Below the pieces are notes generated by a model. It saw only the letters and a list, made by a program, of their open reading frames with translations, searched no databases and was not told where the DNA came from. DNA of 64,000 bases from an uncultured bacterium (lineage in GTDB: Bacteria > Chloroflexota > UBA5177 > JANWHV01), in NCBI GenBank assembly GCA_963827235.1, contig CAWHAE010000016.1, positions 1,088,001 through 1,152,000 of the forward strand, read 5' to 3'. The translations under genes were made by a program, and so were the position numbers. Shown here piece by piece: positions 28,535 to 40,208 of this stretch. Position 1 is the stretch's first letter; every line of letters begins with the position of its first letter.

Positions 28535-29779
28535 ATGATGGACGGTACGGTCGACCAATTGCAGACGCTCGACCAGTTGTTGGTGACGGAGGACTTCATC
28601 AGGGAGCCGTACCCGACACTGGATCGCCTCCGCGAGACAGACCCCGTGCACTGGAGCGATTCGATTGGCGGTTGGGTGCTCACGCGCTACGACGACGTGG
28701 TGGTGACCTTTATGGACGTGGCGTCCTATTCCAACGAAGGGCGTCTCGGGCGTGCGGCCGCCTATCTCCCACCCGCATCCCGTGCCAAGCTGCGCGCGTT
28801 CGAGGAGCACTACCGTACCAAAGGGCTGCTGCACTCCGATCCCCCGGACCATACACGTCTGCGCAAGCTGGTTCAGTCCGTGTTCTCCCCTCGGGCCATC
28901 GAGGCGATGCGCCCACAGATCCAGCAGATTGTTGACGACCTGATCGATCGCGTCGCACCTGCAGGCAGCATGGAGGTGATCACGGATCTTGCTTTCGCGG
29001 TGCCGGTGAGGGTGCTCGCCGGCCTGCTCGGCGTTCCGACCGCCGATGGTCTGCTCTTCAGGGACTGGGCCGACCGCATCCTGGCCTTTCAAGGGGTGAA
29101 CAAGCCACGTGAGGCAACGCTGCTTACTGCTCAACAGGCGCTGCTCGAGGTGCGCGCCTATCTGACCGCCCTGGTGGAGCACAGGCGCCGTGACCCCGCC
29201 GGTGACTTGATCAGTCGTCTGGCGACCGAAAGCGTAGAGGGCGACGCACTCTCCGACGCGGAAATAATCAACACGGGCATCACGCTGCTCGTAGCCGGGC
29301 ACGAAACCACTACCTCGTTGATCGGCAACGGCCTCTTGACGCTGCTCCAACATCCAGGACAATGGCAGATGCTCGTACAGGATCGCTCGCTTGTCACGCC
29401 AGCGATCGAGGAGATCCTTCGCTTTGAGAGTCCTGTCGCCCGCCAACCCCGGCTCATGAGGCGGGATGCCGAACTGTGTGGTCACACGCTCCGTGCGGGG
29501 CAAATGGTGTTCCAGATGCTCAATGCCGCCAACCGCGACCCAGCACAGTTCCTTGACCCCGCAGGGTTCGATATCCTCCGCGCACCCAACCGGCACCTTG
29601 CTTTCGGCCGGGGCATCCATTTCTGCATCGGCGCGCCCCTTTCCCGCACGGAAGGGCAGATCGTCTTCCAGACTATTCTCGATCGGCTTCCCAGAATACG
29701 GCTGGCAGACACTGCGCCGGATTGGGACGTGCAGAAGCCAAATTCGCGCGTGCTCAAGACACTCCACGTAACATTCTGA
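28535..29779 (+). CDS. Cytochrome P450
   Basis: DPPDHTRLRK, AGHETT (I-helix), EILR (ExxR), FGRGIHFCIG heme ligand. GGGAG RBS. Confidence 0.96.
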   Translation: MMDGTVDQLQTLDQLLVTEDFIREPYPTLDRLRETDPVHWSDSIGGWVLTRYDDVVVTFMDVASYSNEGRLGRAAAYLPPASRAKLRAFEEHYRTKGLLHSDPPDHTRLRKLVQSVFSPRAIEAMRPQIQQIVDDLIDRVAPAGSMEVITDLAFAVPVRVLAGLLGVPTADGLLFRDWADRILAFQGVNKPREATLLTAQQALLEVRAYLTALVEHRRRDPAGDLISRLATESVEGDALSDAEIINTGITLLVAGHETTTSLIGNGLLTLLQHPGQWQMLVQDRSLVTPAIEEILRFESPVARQPRLMRRDAELCGHTLRAGQMVFQMLNAANRDPAQFLDPAGFDILRAPNRHLAFGRGIHFCIGAPLSRTEGQIVFQTILDRLPRIRLADTAPDWDVQKPNSRVLKTLHVTF

Positions 29780-29957
29780 GCAATCCTGGTCTTGAAGCCG
29801 ATTTCAACAGAGCTCTTGCACAAACTGCCACACCGAAGTTGCGCGCAGGCAACCGGCTTAGCGACCTCAAGTAAGCGCGCGAGCGGCCTCAAGTTTGTGA
29901 CTTGGGCCCACAGTCGGAATGCCGTGTTCCTGCCGGCGGAGGGCATCCGCCACATCC

Positions 29958-30920
29958 TCACGGTGCGATCGCCTGCGCCTCCTGGACTTCGCCCGTGATG
30001 GCTGCCCGCAGGCGCTCAATGTCCCGCGCGGGCGAGGTGCCGAAGTACTTTTTGTAGTCGCGGCTGAAGTATGAGGCATCGTGGTAGCCGACCCGCAGCC
30101 CGGCGCTGGTGACGTCGAGGTGCTCACCTACCATGAGACGCCGTGCCTCGCGCAGCCGCAGCTCCTTCTGGAACTGCAGGGGGCTCAGGTCCGTGATGGC
30201 CCTGAAGTGGTCGTGAAAGCCCGACGGGCTCATCCCCAACTCCCGCGCGAGGTCGTCGATACGCAGAGGCCGGTCGAACTCCTTACGCAACCGATCAACG
30301 GCTTGGGCGATGCGGTGAGCATGGCCGCCGAGCAGCGGCAGGTGCCGCAGCCGGTTGCTCTGCTCACCCAGCAGCAACCGAAAGACGATCTCGCGCTTGA
30401 CGAGCGGCGCGAGCACCCGTGCCTCTCCAGGCTTGTCGATCAGCCGCACGAGCCGCAGCGTGGCGTCGAAGAGGTCGTCATCGATGGCGCTCACGGCGAG
30501 GGCCTTGGCGTCTGTCTGGCTGCGCGGCGCGGGCAGACCTGCCTCGACCATCACCGAGCCCACCAGCGCTGGATCGAGGTCCACGCGCACGCTCAAGTAG
30601 GGTCGTTCCCCGGAGGCCGCGGCGACGTAGGAGGTAATGGGGAGCTCGACCGTCGTCAGCAGATAGTGCTCCGTGTCGTAGCGGTAGGTTCGGTCGCCAA
30701 GGGAGATCTCCTTACTCCCCTGGGCGACCACGCAGAACGATGGGATGGAGACGCCGCGGAGCCGCTCGCTGGCCCGGGACACCCGGTTCACGTGCAGCCC
30801 GGGCAGAGGCTCCACGAGGCCATCCTTGGGATTGGCGGCGCTCACGCGCTGGACCAGTTCCTCCCGGTTTGCCCGCACGCGTAACGCCGTCTGCTCGTGC
30901 AGCGGCTCCATCTCGATCAT
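29958..30920 (-). CDS. AraC family regulator with AraC_N (YqhC-like) domain
   Basis: CVVAQGSK, ERPYLS, SPLQFQKELRL, VGYHDASYFSRDYK. Confidence 0.93.
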   Translation of the reverse strand: MIEMEPLHEQTALRVRANREELVQRVSAANPKDGLVEPLPGLHVNRVSRASERLRGVSIPSFCVVAQGSKEISLGDRTYRYDTEHYLLTTVELPITSYVAAASGERPYLSVRVDLDPALVGSVMVEAGLPAPRSQTDAKALAVSAIDDDLFDATLRLVRLIDKPGEARVLAPLVKREIVFRLLLGEQSNRLRHLPLLGGHAHRIAQAVDRLRKEFDRPLRIDDLARELGMSPSGFHDHFRAITDLSPLQFQKELRLREARRLMVGEHLDVTSAGLRVGYHDASYFSRDYKKYFGTSPARDIERLRAAITGEVQEAQAIAP

Positions 30921-30950
30921 GGGCTATCCTCCAGCGTCGCCCCGTGGAAC

Positions 30951-30988
30951 TCTGGAGGATAATACATGGTTCCTGGACTAACGTCCAT
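30951..30988 (+). promoter_or_regulatory. Candidate AraC tandem binding site
   Basis: CTGGAGGAT/CTGGACTAA repeated with a 21-bp period. A homologous copy lies beside the paralog at 37281-37318. Confidence 0.55.
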
Positions 30989-31203
30989 GCCACTCGCTCA
31001 CTGGAGTTGTAGCTTGAACTTGTTGGCGGAAGGACCGGCCAGCCTGGCGCCATTGAGGCCTGGGCCTTCGTGGCAGACACAGATCGTTTCAGCCAGCGCG
31101 TATGGCACCACGCAGCGAGAGCGGCCGCATCCGCTTGGATGCGCTGGCAGCGGCCGGCGATACGTTCTCGATGACTGTCGAGTACAGCGACGCAGCGGAA
31201 AGG

Positions 31204-31538
31204 ATGAACACCATGGCAGCAGACAAGGAACCGTCAGGTGCTGAGAAGATGTTCGGGAACTTTGCTCCAGCGCTGGTCCATTTCACCAACGACGTCCTGT
31301 TCGGGCAGGTCTGGCCGAGCCACGAACTCTCGCAAAGGATCGCAGCTTCGTGACAGTGGCAAGCCTGGTGACGAGCGGCAGCACTGAGCAGCTTGTCTTC
31401 CATCTTGGTCTGGCCAAGGAGAATGGCGCCAGCGAGCAAGAACTGATCGAGGTCATCACACACTTGGCGTTCTACGCCGGCTGGCCGAAGGCCATGTCCG
31501 CGATGACTGTCGCCAAGCGAGTATTCCGCGGCAGCTAA
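31204..31538 (+). pseudogene. Carboxymuconolactone decarboxylase (AhpD-like) family, frameshifted near 31335
   Basis: FAPALVHFTNDVLFGQVW..ELS then, in the next frame, DRSFVTVASL...QLVFHL...HLAFYAGWPKA. One base is missing at TCGCAAAGGAT. Confidence 0.8.
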
Positions 31539-31593
31539 CAAGACGCTCGCCCTGCAGCGAGGCTGAGCATCACATACGTAAGGATGGAATACC

Positions 31594-32610
31594 ATGCGAG
31601 GAACCGTCATCTACGCCCCCAGGGACGTGCGCTTGGAGCAGCGCCCCGACCCGACGATCATCGAGCCGACCGACGCCATCATCCGCATCACGGCGTCCTG
31701 TGTGTGCGGGTCTGACCTGTGGACCTATCGCGGCATCAATCCTGTGAGCCGTCCCACGCCGATGGGGCACGAGTACTGCGGCATCGTGGAGGAGGTCGGC
31801 AGCAACGTCACGAAGGTCAGGCCTGGCCAGTTCGTCATCGGGTCGTTCTTCACTTCGGATAACACTTGCCCCATCTGCCGGGCCGGCTACCACAGCTCCT
31901 GCCAGCATCGCGTGGCGATCTCCGAGGCTCAAGCCGAACGGTTGCGGGTTCCGCAGGCCGACGGCACCTTGGTGGCCACACCCGGTGTTCCCCCGAACGA
32001 CCTCGTCCCGAGTCTGCTGACGCTCTCGGACGTCATGGGCACCGGCTGGTTCGCTGCCATCGCGGCCGACGTGCAGCCGGGCAAGACGGTCGCGGTCGTC
32101 GGCGACGGCGCGGTCGGGCTCCTCGGCGTGCTCTCCGCCAGTCGGCTGGGGGCAGAGCGGGTCATCGCGATGAGCCGCCACGCATCGCGCCAGTCACTCG
32201 CCCGGGAGTTCGGCGCGACCGACATCGTGACCGAGCGCGGTGACGAGGGTGTGGCGCATATCAAAGAGCTGACCCAAGGCATCGGCGCCGACGCCGTGCT
32301 GGAGTGCGTGGGCACCCAGGAGTCGATGCTGCAGGCGATCCGCGCTACCCGCCCGGGCGGGGCCGTGGGCTACGTCGGCGTCCCGCATGGGGTCACGCTC
32401 GACGGCCAGGAGTTATTCTTCACGCACGTCCGGTTCCACGGCGGGCCCGCACCCGTGCGCCGCTTCCTGCCCGATCTGATCGACCGCGTGTGGCAGGGCC
32501 AGATGAACCCCGGCAAAGTGTTTGATCTGACGCTGCCGCTCGATCAGGTGGCCGAGGGCTACCGCGCCATGGACGAACGCCGCGCCATCAAGGCGCTGCT
32601 CCTACCCTGA
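31594..32610 (+). CDS. Zinc-dependent alcohol dehydrogenase family
   Basis: CGSD, GHE..G, GDGAVG. Confidence 0.95.
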   Translation: MRGTVIYAPRDVRLEQRPDPTIIEPTDAIIRITASCVCGSDLWTYRGINPVSRPTPMGHEYCGIVEEVGSNVTKVRPGQFVIGSFFTSDNTCPICRAGYHSSCQHRVAISEAQAERLRVPQADGTLVATPGVPPNDLVPSLLTLSDVMGTGWFAAIAADVQPGKTVAVVGDGAVGLLGVLSASRLGAERVIAMSRHASRQSLAREFGATDIVTERGDEGVAHIKELTQGIGADAVLECVGTQESMLQAIRATRPGGAVGYVGVPHGVTLDGQELFFTHVRFHGGPAPVRRFLPDLIDRVWQGQMNPGKVFDLTLPLDQVAEGYRAMDERRAIKALLLP

Positions 32611-32643
32611 GAACTCTTCGGCACTGTACAAGGAGGATCCACG

Positions 32644-33036
32644 ATGGCAGCATGGTCGATTGACGAGCTGGACAGAATCGGAGCCGCGGAGGAGCTGCAC
32701 ATCGCGCCACGCCGACGCGACGACACGCTGCGCAAGCCTGTGACGATCTGGGTCGTACGCCACGGCGACAACCTCTACGTCCGCTCCTGGCGCGGGCGCA
32801 CCTCCGCCTGGTATCGCAGCGTCCAGGAGCGCCATGAGGGCCATATCCGCGCCGGTGGCGTTGACAAAGATGTCCTCTTCATCGAGGCTGGCGATGACGT
32901 CAACGAAGCGGTCGACGCCGCCTACCGGACGAAGTACCGGCGCTACGCGGACAACTACGTCCCACCGATGCTCAGCCCCCAGGCTAGAGAGACAACCCTG
33001 ACGCTCGTGCCACGCGGATCGGGAGCTGATCGATGA
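32644..33036 (+). CDS. DUF2255 family protein
   Basis: W..DEL..I..AEEL.IA, PVTIWVV, YVRS..G..S.WY, DAAYRTKY. AGGAGG RBS. Confidence 0.8.
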   Translation: MAAWSIDELDRIGAAEELHIAPRRRDDTLRKPVTIWVVRHGDNLYVRSWRGRTSAWYRSVQERHEGHIRAGGVDKDVLFIEAGDDVNEAVDAAYRTKYRRYADNYVPPMLSPQARETTLTLVPRGSGADR

Positions 33037-33101
33037 TCGCGCGAACAGGCGCCGGCATGCCCGCGCACGGCACAGCGTCCATGGCATGAGCCGGCGGAGG
33101 A

Positions 33102-33536
33102 GTGAGTCACACGACAAGAAAGGGGAACGCCATACACTTGACCGAGAACTCCATTACTACCAACCCGGGGTCGAGTGCCTGGTTCAACGGCACGGTCTTC
33201 GTCGACACGGAGGGGACGCCGTCGGGACCGTCGCGTCTGCCGGCGAGCGGCGTCCACTTCACGCCGGGTGCACGGACGGCATGGCACACCCACCCCAACG
33301 GCCAGATCATCTACGTCACCGAAGGCATCGGCCTGTGTCAGCGTCGCGGTGGTCCGGTCGAGGTTATCCGGTCCGGCGACCGGGTGTTCTTCGAGCCGGG
33401 CGAGGACCACTGGCACGGCGCCGCACCCAACCGCTACATCACGCATCTTGCGATGCTTGTGGTCGATGAGGCGGCAAAAAGCGCGACGTGGGGTGCGCAG
33501 GTCACCGACGACGAGTATGTCCGGCAACCCGGCTGA
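33102..33536 (+). CDS. Cupin domain protein
   Basis: FTPGARTAWHTHPNGQ and GEDHWHGA. Confidence 0.9.
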   Translation: MSHTTRKGNAIHLTENSITTNPGSSAWFNGTVFVDTEGTPSGPSRLPASGVHFTPGARTAWHTHPNGQIIYVTEGIGLCQRRGGPVEVIRSGDRVFFEPGEDHWHGAAPNRYITHLAMLVVDEAAKSATWGAQVTDDEYVRQPG

Positions 33537-33686
33537 TCAGGCCTGCCAGTGCGTCCTCTTCCTGACAACGCTGTGGGCGGTGCATCCATCGCGCCTTATA
33601 CTCCCGATCATTGCAGGTTGAGCGCGGCGACGTTCTGCGCAGCGCTATCAACAGACTGCCGCACAGGCAGAAGAAGGAGAGATCTC

Positions 33687-34670
33687 ATGGAATACACGAA
33701 ACTGGGCAACACCGGCATGGACGTCTCCCGCATCTGTTTGGGGTGCATGGGCTTCGGCGATGCCGAACGCTGGACGCACAAATGGGTGCTTGACGAGGAG
33801 AACAGCCGGCCGATCATCCAACACGCCCTGGACCTGGGGATCAACTTCTTCGATACCGCCAACGTCTACTCCCTTGGCAGAAGCGAGGAGATCCTGGGGC
33901 ACGCCCTCAAGGACTTCGCCAAGCGGGACGAGATCGTCGTAGCCACCAAAGTGCACGGCAAGATGCGCCAGGAGCCCAACGGAGGCGGGCTCTCGCGCAA
34001 GGCCGTCCTCAGTGAGATTGACCAGAGCCTCACGCGCCTGGGCATGGACTACGTGGACCTCTACCAGATCCATCGCTGGGACTATCAGACCCCGATCGAA
34101 GAGACTATGGAGGCGCTCCACGACGTGGTGCGGGCAGGGAAGGCCCGCTACATCGGTGCCTCCGCCATGTGGGCCTGGCAGTTCCAAAAGGCACTCCACG
34201 TGGCCGAGAAACATGGCTGGACCCGCTTCGTCTCCATGCAGGATCACCTGAACCTGATCTACCGCGAGGAGGAGCGGGAGATGCTGCCGCTCTGCCGCGA
34301 GGAAAGGATCGGCGTGATCCCGTACAGCCCACTGGCCTCGGGACGCCTGACCCGCGATTGGACCGCCGAGAGTTCGCTGCGTGCTGCGACGGATCAGATC
34401 GCAATCAGCAAGTACGGTGCCACAGTCGACACGGATCGCGAGGTTGTCCGGCGGGTCGCGACCGTGGCGGAACAGCATGGAGTTCCGCGCGTGCAGATCG
34501 CGCTTGCCTGGTTGCTCCAGAAGCAGCCGGTGACCGCGCCGATTATCGGCGGTACGAAGATCAGCCACCTGGAGGACGCGGTAGGCGCGCTCGCCGTAAC
34601 CTTGACCCAGGAGGAAGTCACCTCATTGGAAGAGCCGTACGTGCCTCATCGCATCATCGGTCACCAATAG
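33687..34670 (+). CDS. Aldo/keto reductase (YajO-like)
   Basis: FDTANVY, ATKVH, DLYQIHRWD, PYSPLASG. AAGGAG RBS. Confidence 0.95.
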   Translation: MEYTKLGNTGMDVSRICLGCMGFGDAERWTHKWVLDEENSRPIIQHALDLGINFFDTANVYSLGRSEEILGHALKDFAKRDEIVVATKVHGKMRQEPNGGGLSRKAVLSEIDQSLTRLGMDYVDLYQIHRWDYQTPIEETMEALHDVVRAGKARYIGASAMWAWQFQKALHVAEKHGWTRFVSMQDHLNLIYREEEREMLPLCREERIGVIPYSPLASGRLTRDWTAESSLRAATDQIAISKYGATVDTDREVVRRVATVAEQHGVPRVQIALAWLLQKQPVTAPIIGGTKISHLEDAVGALAVTLTQEEVTSLEEPYVPHRIIGHQ

Positions 34671-34881
34671 CCGTTCTAGCTACCACCGCTACGCGGAGCA
34701 GTACGATCTGCCCATCATTGGTCCGGACGCGCGTGCCGCGACCATCAAGCTGGTACCGTGCTAAGCACTGGTCCCGGCGCGCGTGGTGTGCACGCGAAAG
34801 CGAAGTGAGAGAGAAAGAGATAAGCCACGCGAGGCGCCATACTGTACGGTCCGCGCGACGTGCGTTATGAGGTTCATTTGA

Positions 34882-35886
<1,005 letters not shown>

Positions 35887-36629
35887 CGACAAGCATCTTT
35901 CGCCACTCGCACGAGCTGCGGACGCGGGAGCGATAGCAGTCGCTGCCAAACATGCGCCCGTGTGTTACTGCCTGTACGGTGCGCGTTCAGCGCATCGAGC
36001 CGGGCACGCGACGCCCAACGCACGAGCATGTCGATGCAGTCCAGCTCGCCTCGACCCGGCAGGCGCGCACGGCTGCACTAGCGACTTGCGTGGGAGGCAA
36101 GTAGGGGCACGAGCACCCTAGCGTTCGGGTTGCCCCAGCCGGTGACGGAGTCTCAGCCTGGGCCTGCTCTCCGTTATCAAACATGAGTTCGCTTGCCCAC
36201 TTCGGCGACCGTACTCATATCGCAGCACTTGCTCTTCTGCGGGTAAAGTTGAGGCCGTCACGCACGGCAAGGCGCGCTTGGGCACGTCCTGTGGTAAGGC
36301 AGGTCGCCGAGGTGCCGATTCCGTTCCTGAGCCATCAGCTTGCGATTGGCGATCGCACAGGCACGCTGCACGAGGGACGTGGGTCCGATCAGGACGCGCA
36401 GCCGGAGGCAGGGTCTGGCCGTCAGGACTGAACGCTACGCTATGTCGCCTCGCTGACCGCTTCGAGTTAGCATTACCGCATCGCGGTGCGGCAGCCGGTG
36501 ACCGCCATATCCTACTCAGTCTGGTTCGGGATGGTAACTAACCTGATGCGGACGAGCTGCATCTGCAGGCTGTTACGGCACAGGGGCCGGGCGTGCAAGC
36601 GCTGCTTGGTGTGGCAAGGGAGGACAGGC

Positions 36630-37118
36630 ATGACCCTCCAATCGTCTATCGGAGCAGCTGCGGTCGCCTGGTTCGTGCTGGTTGCCTCGCTGCCAGGCGC
36701 AGCGGCCGCATACACTGGTACGGCCTGCACGACGAGCTGGGCTGCGCTGACGACGGCCACGGTGGTATACGGCAAGTTCGACATGACGAGCCACGGCGCG
36801 GACACGGGCGACGCCAGTCTGAACCTACCCACGGGCGTTGCGGTAGACGCAAGAGGCGGGCTCTACGTCGCAGATACCGACAGCAACAGCGTGCTCTACT
36901 ATGCCCGAGGCAGCACGATGGCCAGCAAGACGTACGGCCAGCCCGACATCAGGGGCAGGGAACCCGGCACCAGCGTCGCCAGACTGAACCAGCCGACAGG
37001 TGTTGCAGCGGATGCCAGCGGCAGGCTCCTTGTAGCGGAGTATGGCAACGACCGGGTGCTCCGCTTCGCCCGGGGCAGCAGAGTGGCCACCACGGTGTAC
37101 GGCCTACGCGGGCGGTAG
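36630..37118 (+). pseudogene. Secreted NHL-repeat protein, apparently truncated after two repeats
   Basis: GGAGG RBS and signal peptide. Repeats LNLPTGVAVDARGGLYVADTDSNSVL and LNQPTGVAADASGRLLVAEYGNDRVL, with a stop right after the start of a third repeat. Confidence 0.65.
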
Positions 37119-37280
37119 CCGGATCCTCCACGCAGGTGAGCCACCCGAGCGAGCGCGCGAGCCCCTTTCTCCGACGCACACCCAGAGTGTCTGGAACGAC
37201 TCTCCCGAGCAAGGGCATGCACTTGCTTGCCGTCCGCGTCCGCTGTTACGATCAGTCTACGACTGGCGCAGGGAGGAAGG

Positions 37281-37318
37281 ATGGCCGTTTCTCCAGCGTC
37301 CTTGCACGATCCTCTAGC
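37281..37318 (-). promoter_or_regulatory. Candidate AraC tandem binding site (paralogous copy)
   Basis: Reverse complement GCTAGAGGATCGTGCAAGGACGCTGGAGAAACGGCC aligns ungapped to 30951-30986 at 25/36. Confidence 0.5.
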
Positions 37319-37355
37319 ATGTGACGTGAAAGGGAAGCCGCTACGCGTGACCAGG

Positions 37356-38294
37356 ATGGCAGCGATGAACGAGCGCACGGATTACCTGACCAGAGCGCAC
37401 CGGGAAGAATTGCTCGAGCGCATCGCTCACGTCATGCGGGAGGATGGCACCGCGGAGCCCATCGCTGGGCTGTACCTGATCCGCGTGTCCGAGCCGAACG
37501 TGCGAGTGCACAGTGTCTCCGTGCCCTCGTTCTGCGTCATCGCGCAAGGCGGTAAGGAGATCGCTCTCGGCGCGAGCCGCCACGGATACGACCCGGAGCA
37601 CTAGCTGCTCGTGACGGCCGAGCTCCCCTACATTGGGCGCGTCGTCGAGGCGTCCAGTCACCGTCCGTACCTCAGCCTGCGCCTCAATCTCAACCCGGCT
37701 CTGGTCGGTTCGGTCATGGTCGAGGTGGGGATCCCGGCTCCACGCGGTCAGGGTACGGCCAAGGCCATGGTCGTGAGCACGCACGATGCCGACCTGCTCG
37801 ACGCCACGGTGCGACTCGTGCGGCTCAATCGACGATCCCCCCAGGCGCGCGTGCTCATGCCGCTCGTCAAGCGGGAGATCGTCTTCCGGCTGCTGCTGGG
37901 CGAGCAGGGCCATCGCTTGCAGCACTTGTCCCTCCTCGGCAGCCACGCACATCCCATCGCCCAGGCCGTCGAGCGGCTGCGGAAGGACTACGACCAGCCA
38001 CTGCGCATCGGGCGCGTTGCCCGGGAGCTCGGGATGAGCGTGTCAGGCTTTCACGACCACTTCAAGGCCATCACCGACATGAGCCCGCTGCAGTTCCAGA
38101 AACAGGTACGACTGCACGAGGCGCGGCGCCTGATGCTCGGCGAGCACCAGGACGCCACCAGCGCCAGCCTGCGGGTCGGGTATTGCGAGGCCTCCCACTT
38201 CAGCCGCGACTACAAGAAGCACTTCGGAAACTCGCCGGTACGGGACATCGAGTACCTCCGGGCGACCATTGAGGACAGGGTTCGGCAGGGGTAG
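37356..38294 (+). pseudogene. AraC (YqhC-like) regulator with in-frame TAG at 37602-37604
   Basis: Paralog of 29958-30920: DPEH*LLVTAEL versus DTEHYLLTTVEL. Both halves are in the same frame. Confidence 0.85.
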
Positions 38295-38457
38295 AACCGG
38301 TTGCCCTGAGCTATGCTATGGAGCAGCGGGCGGGTTGGGCGGTGTCATGAGTGCTGCCGGCGAGCGCGGCGCGGGCTCAGTGGTGGATGTTCGCGCTGAC
38401 GGGCCTACGATGTCCTGCTTGGCAACAACCTGTCCGTCGTAGCTGGAGAGAAGAGCA

Positions 38458-39501
38458 ATACAGGATTCTCACGCCGACGCACCCACAATCCCCGCCCCGC
38501 GACCGCTCCCCAAGGCGCCTGCCCTCCGTTGGGGCGTGTTAGCGCCCGGCGGTATCGCCGCCATGTTCGTCGACGCTGCCAATGCCTATTCCAACCAGCG
38601 CGTTGTGGCCGCCGGCTCACGTACGCTTGCCCGGGCTGAGCAATTCGTCGCCCAGCATGGAATCGCCCGAGCTTATGGCTCGTATCAAGCACTGGTCGAC
38701 GACCCCGAGGTCGATGTCGTCTACGTGGCCTCCACCCATAACACCCATGCCGAGCTCGCCCTGCTGGCCATCGCCGCGGGCAAACATGTGCTCGTCGAGA
38801 AGCCGTTCGCCACGACCCGCGCCGAGGCGGCGCAGGTGGCTGCAGCGGCGCGAGCAGCAGGCGTGCTGGCCATGGAAGCAATGTGGACCCGCTATATTCC
38901 GCAGGCGGACGTCATCCGCCAACTGCTGGAAGCCGGGGCCATCGGCGACGTTCGCATGGTCGCGGCGGACTTCGGCTTCTGCTTCCCCCACGACCCCACC
39001 CATAGGCTGCTCGACTCCGAGCAGGGCGGCGGCGCGCTGCTCGACGCGGGCGTGTATCCTGTCTCGTTTGCCTCCTCGATCCTCGGCGCCCCGCGCTCGG
39101 TGTGCGCCACCGGCCGCACCGGGCCGACCGGCGTGGACGTCGAGGTGGCGATGGTGATCGACCATGGCGACACCGCGTCGGTCGCTTTCACCTCGCTCAC
39201 CGCATCACTGCCGGTGCGGGCTACGATCATGGGCAGCGGGGGACGGATTGAGGTGCACCGCCCCTTCTTCGGCCCGACCGGCATCACACTTCAGACGGGA
39301 GGTTTCGCCGTGGAGGAGACCCTTACCCACTGGGAAGACAAGGCGTTGCCAAAGCTACACGACGGCCTGTCCTATGAGGCCGACGCGCTGGCACGCTTTG
39401 TCGCCGACGGGCGGACCGAGTCACCGATACATACGCTGGACGAAACCGTGGCGATCATCGCCACCCTGGAGGACGCGCGCCGGCAGGTGCTCGGTCAATA
39501 A
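38458..39501 (+). CDS. Gfo/Idh/MocA family oxidoreductase (start at ATA or mutated ATG)
   Basis: LRWGVLAPGGIA, HVLVEKP, GGGALLDAGVY. The frame is open upstream of 38536 to an ATA at 38458 after GGAGAG. Confidence 0.85.
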   Translation: MQDSHADAPTIPAPRPLPKAPALRWGVLAPGGIAAMFVDAANAYSNQRVVAAGSRTLARAEQFVAQHGIARAYGSYQALVDDPEVDVVYVASTHNTHAELALLAIAAGKHVLVEKPFATTRAEAAQVAAAARAAGVLAMEAMWTRYIPQADVIRQLLEAGAIGDVRMVAADFGFCFPHDPTHRLLDSEQGGGALLDAGVYPVSFASSILGAPRSVCATGRTGPTGVDVEVAMVIDHGDTASVAFTSLTASLPVRATIMGSGGRIEVHRPFFGPTGITLQTGGFAVEETLTHWEDKALPKLHDGLSYEADALARFVADGRTESPIHTLDETVAIIATLEDARRQVLGQ

Positions 39502-39840
39502 GTCGCGGCATGGCGCACTCCGCACACCTGGCGGCGGGTGGACTTTCCTAGGAACTCGCCACGGCGGCGATAGCGGATCGCGCTCTCCATTTCTCCTGCG
39601 CGAGGTGCAGCCGGCGAAACGCCGGCACGAGACCCAGTCGAACTGCGTCTGGCGATGGACGCACTGCCGAATCTGCTTGACACATGTGTGCATAACCCGT
39701 GAGACCACCCGGTCGCGCAGAAATGAGTCCCACCGGCGCATGTGGTGCATGCGCGACCGATCGGCTATGTTCCCGGACGACCGTGCTCAGGTGGTAGTGC
39801 CGATGGGTATCTCGATAGGAAGCTCCGAACTGGCGGCGGA

Positions 39841-40000
39841 TCAGCCGTGCGCCTGCTGGGCGTGCTTGGGCAGAAGTCCGCCGAGCAACAGCATCAGGAA
39901 ATACAGACCCGCGGTGATACCGAAAGCGACTTTCGCGGCGGCGAAGTAGGCGTGGCTGGACGGCTGCCCTACACGGGCGAAGAATATCGTGCCGAGAACA
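39841..40000 (-). pseudogene. C-terminal remnant of an MFS (DHA2-like) transporter
   Basis: VLGTIFF...AFGITAGLYFLMLLLGGLLP resembles the last TM helices of DHA2 exporters. No upstream part is present. Confidence 0.4.
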
Positions 40001-40124
40001 GGCATCTGGCTCAACATGGTGACCAAGTCCAAGAAAGCCGGCGCAATCGCCCCGAAACCGTCTCGCAGTCGGATCGCGCATAACCGGCGTACCAGAACTT
40101 CCTCGAAAGAAATCCGGGAGGCGG

Positions 40125-40151
40125 TGTCGGATCGGGGCAGAGGTGTTCGTA
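40125..40151 (+). promoter_or_regulatory. Candidate ECF42-type promoter
   Basis: TGTCGG-N17-CGTA upstream of the DGPF gene, resembling the ECF42 consensus (-35 TGTCGA, -10 CG(A/T)C). Confidence 0.5.
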
Positions 40152-40208
40152 GAGTAGGGTGAGAGGCCGCCCACGAGGGGCGCCCCGAGACACGGGAGAT
40201 GATCCGAG

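Noticed and set aside
28320-28535. RiPP (biarylitide-type) precursor upstream of the P450
   Set aside because: No MxYxH-like or aromatic-rich short ORF next to the P450. The Cys-containing open frame there has no start codon.
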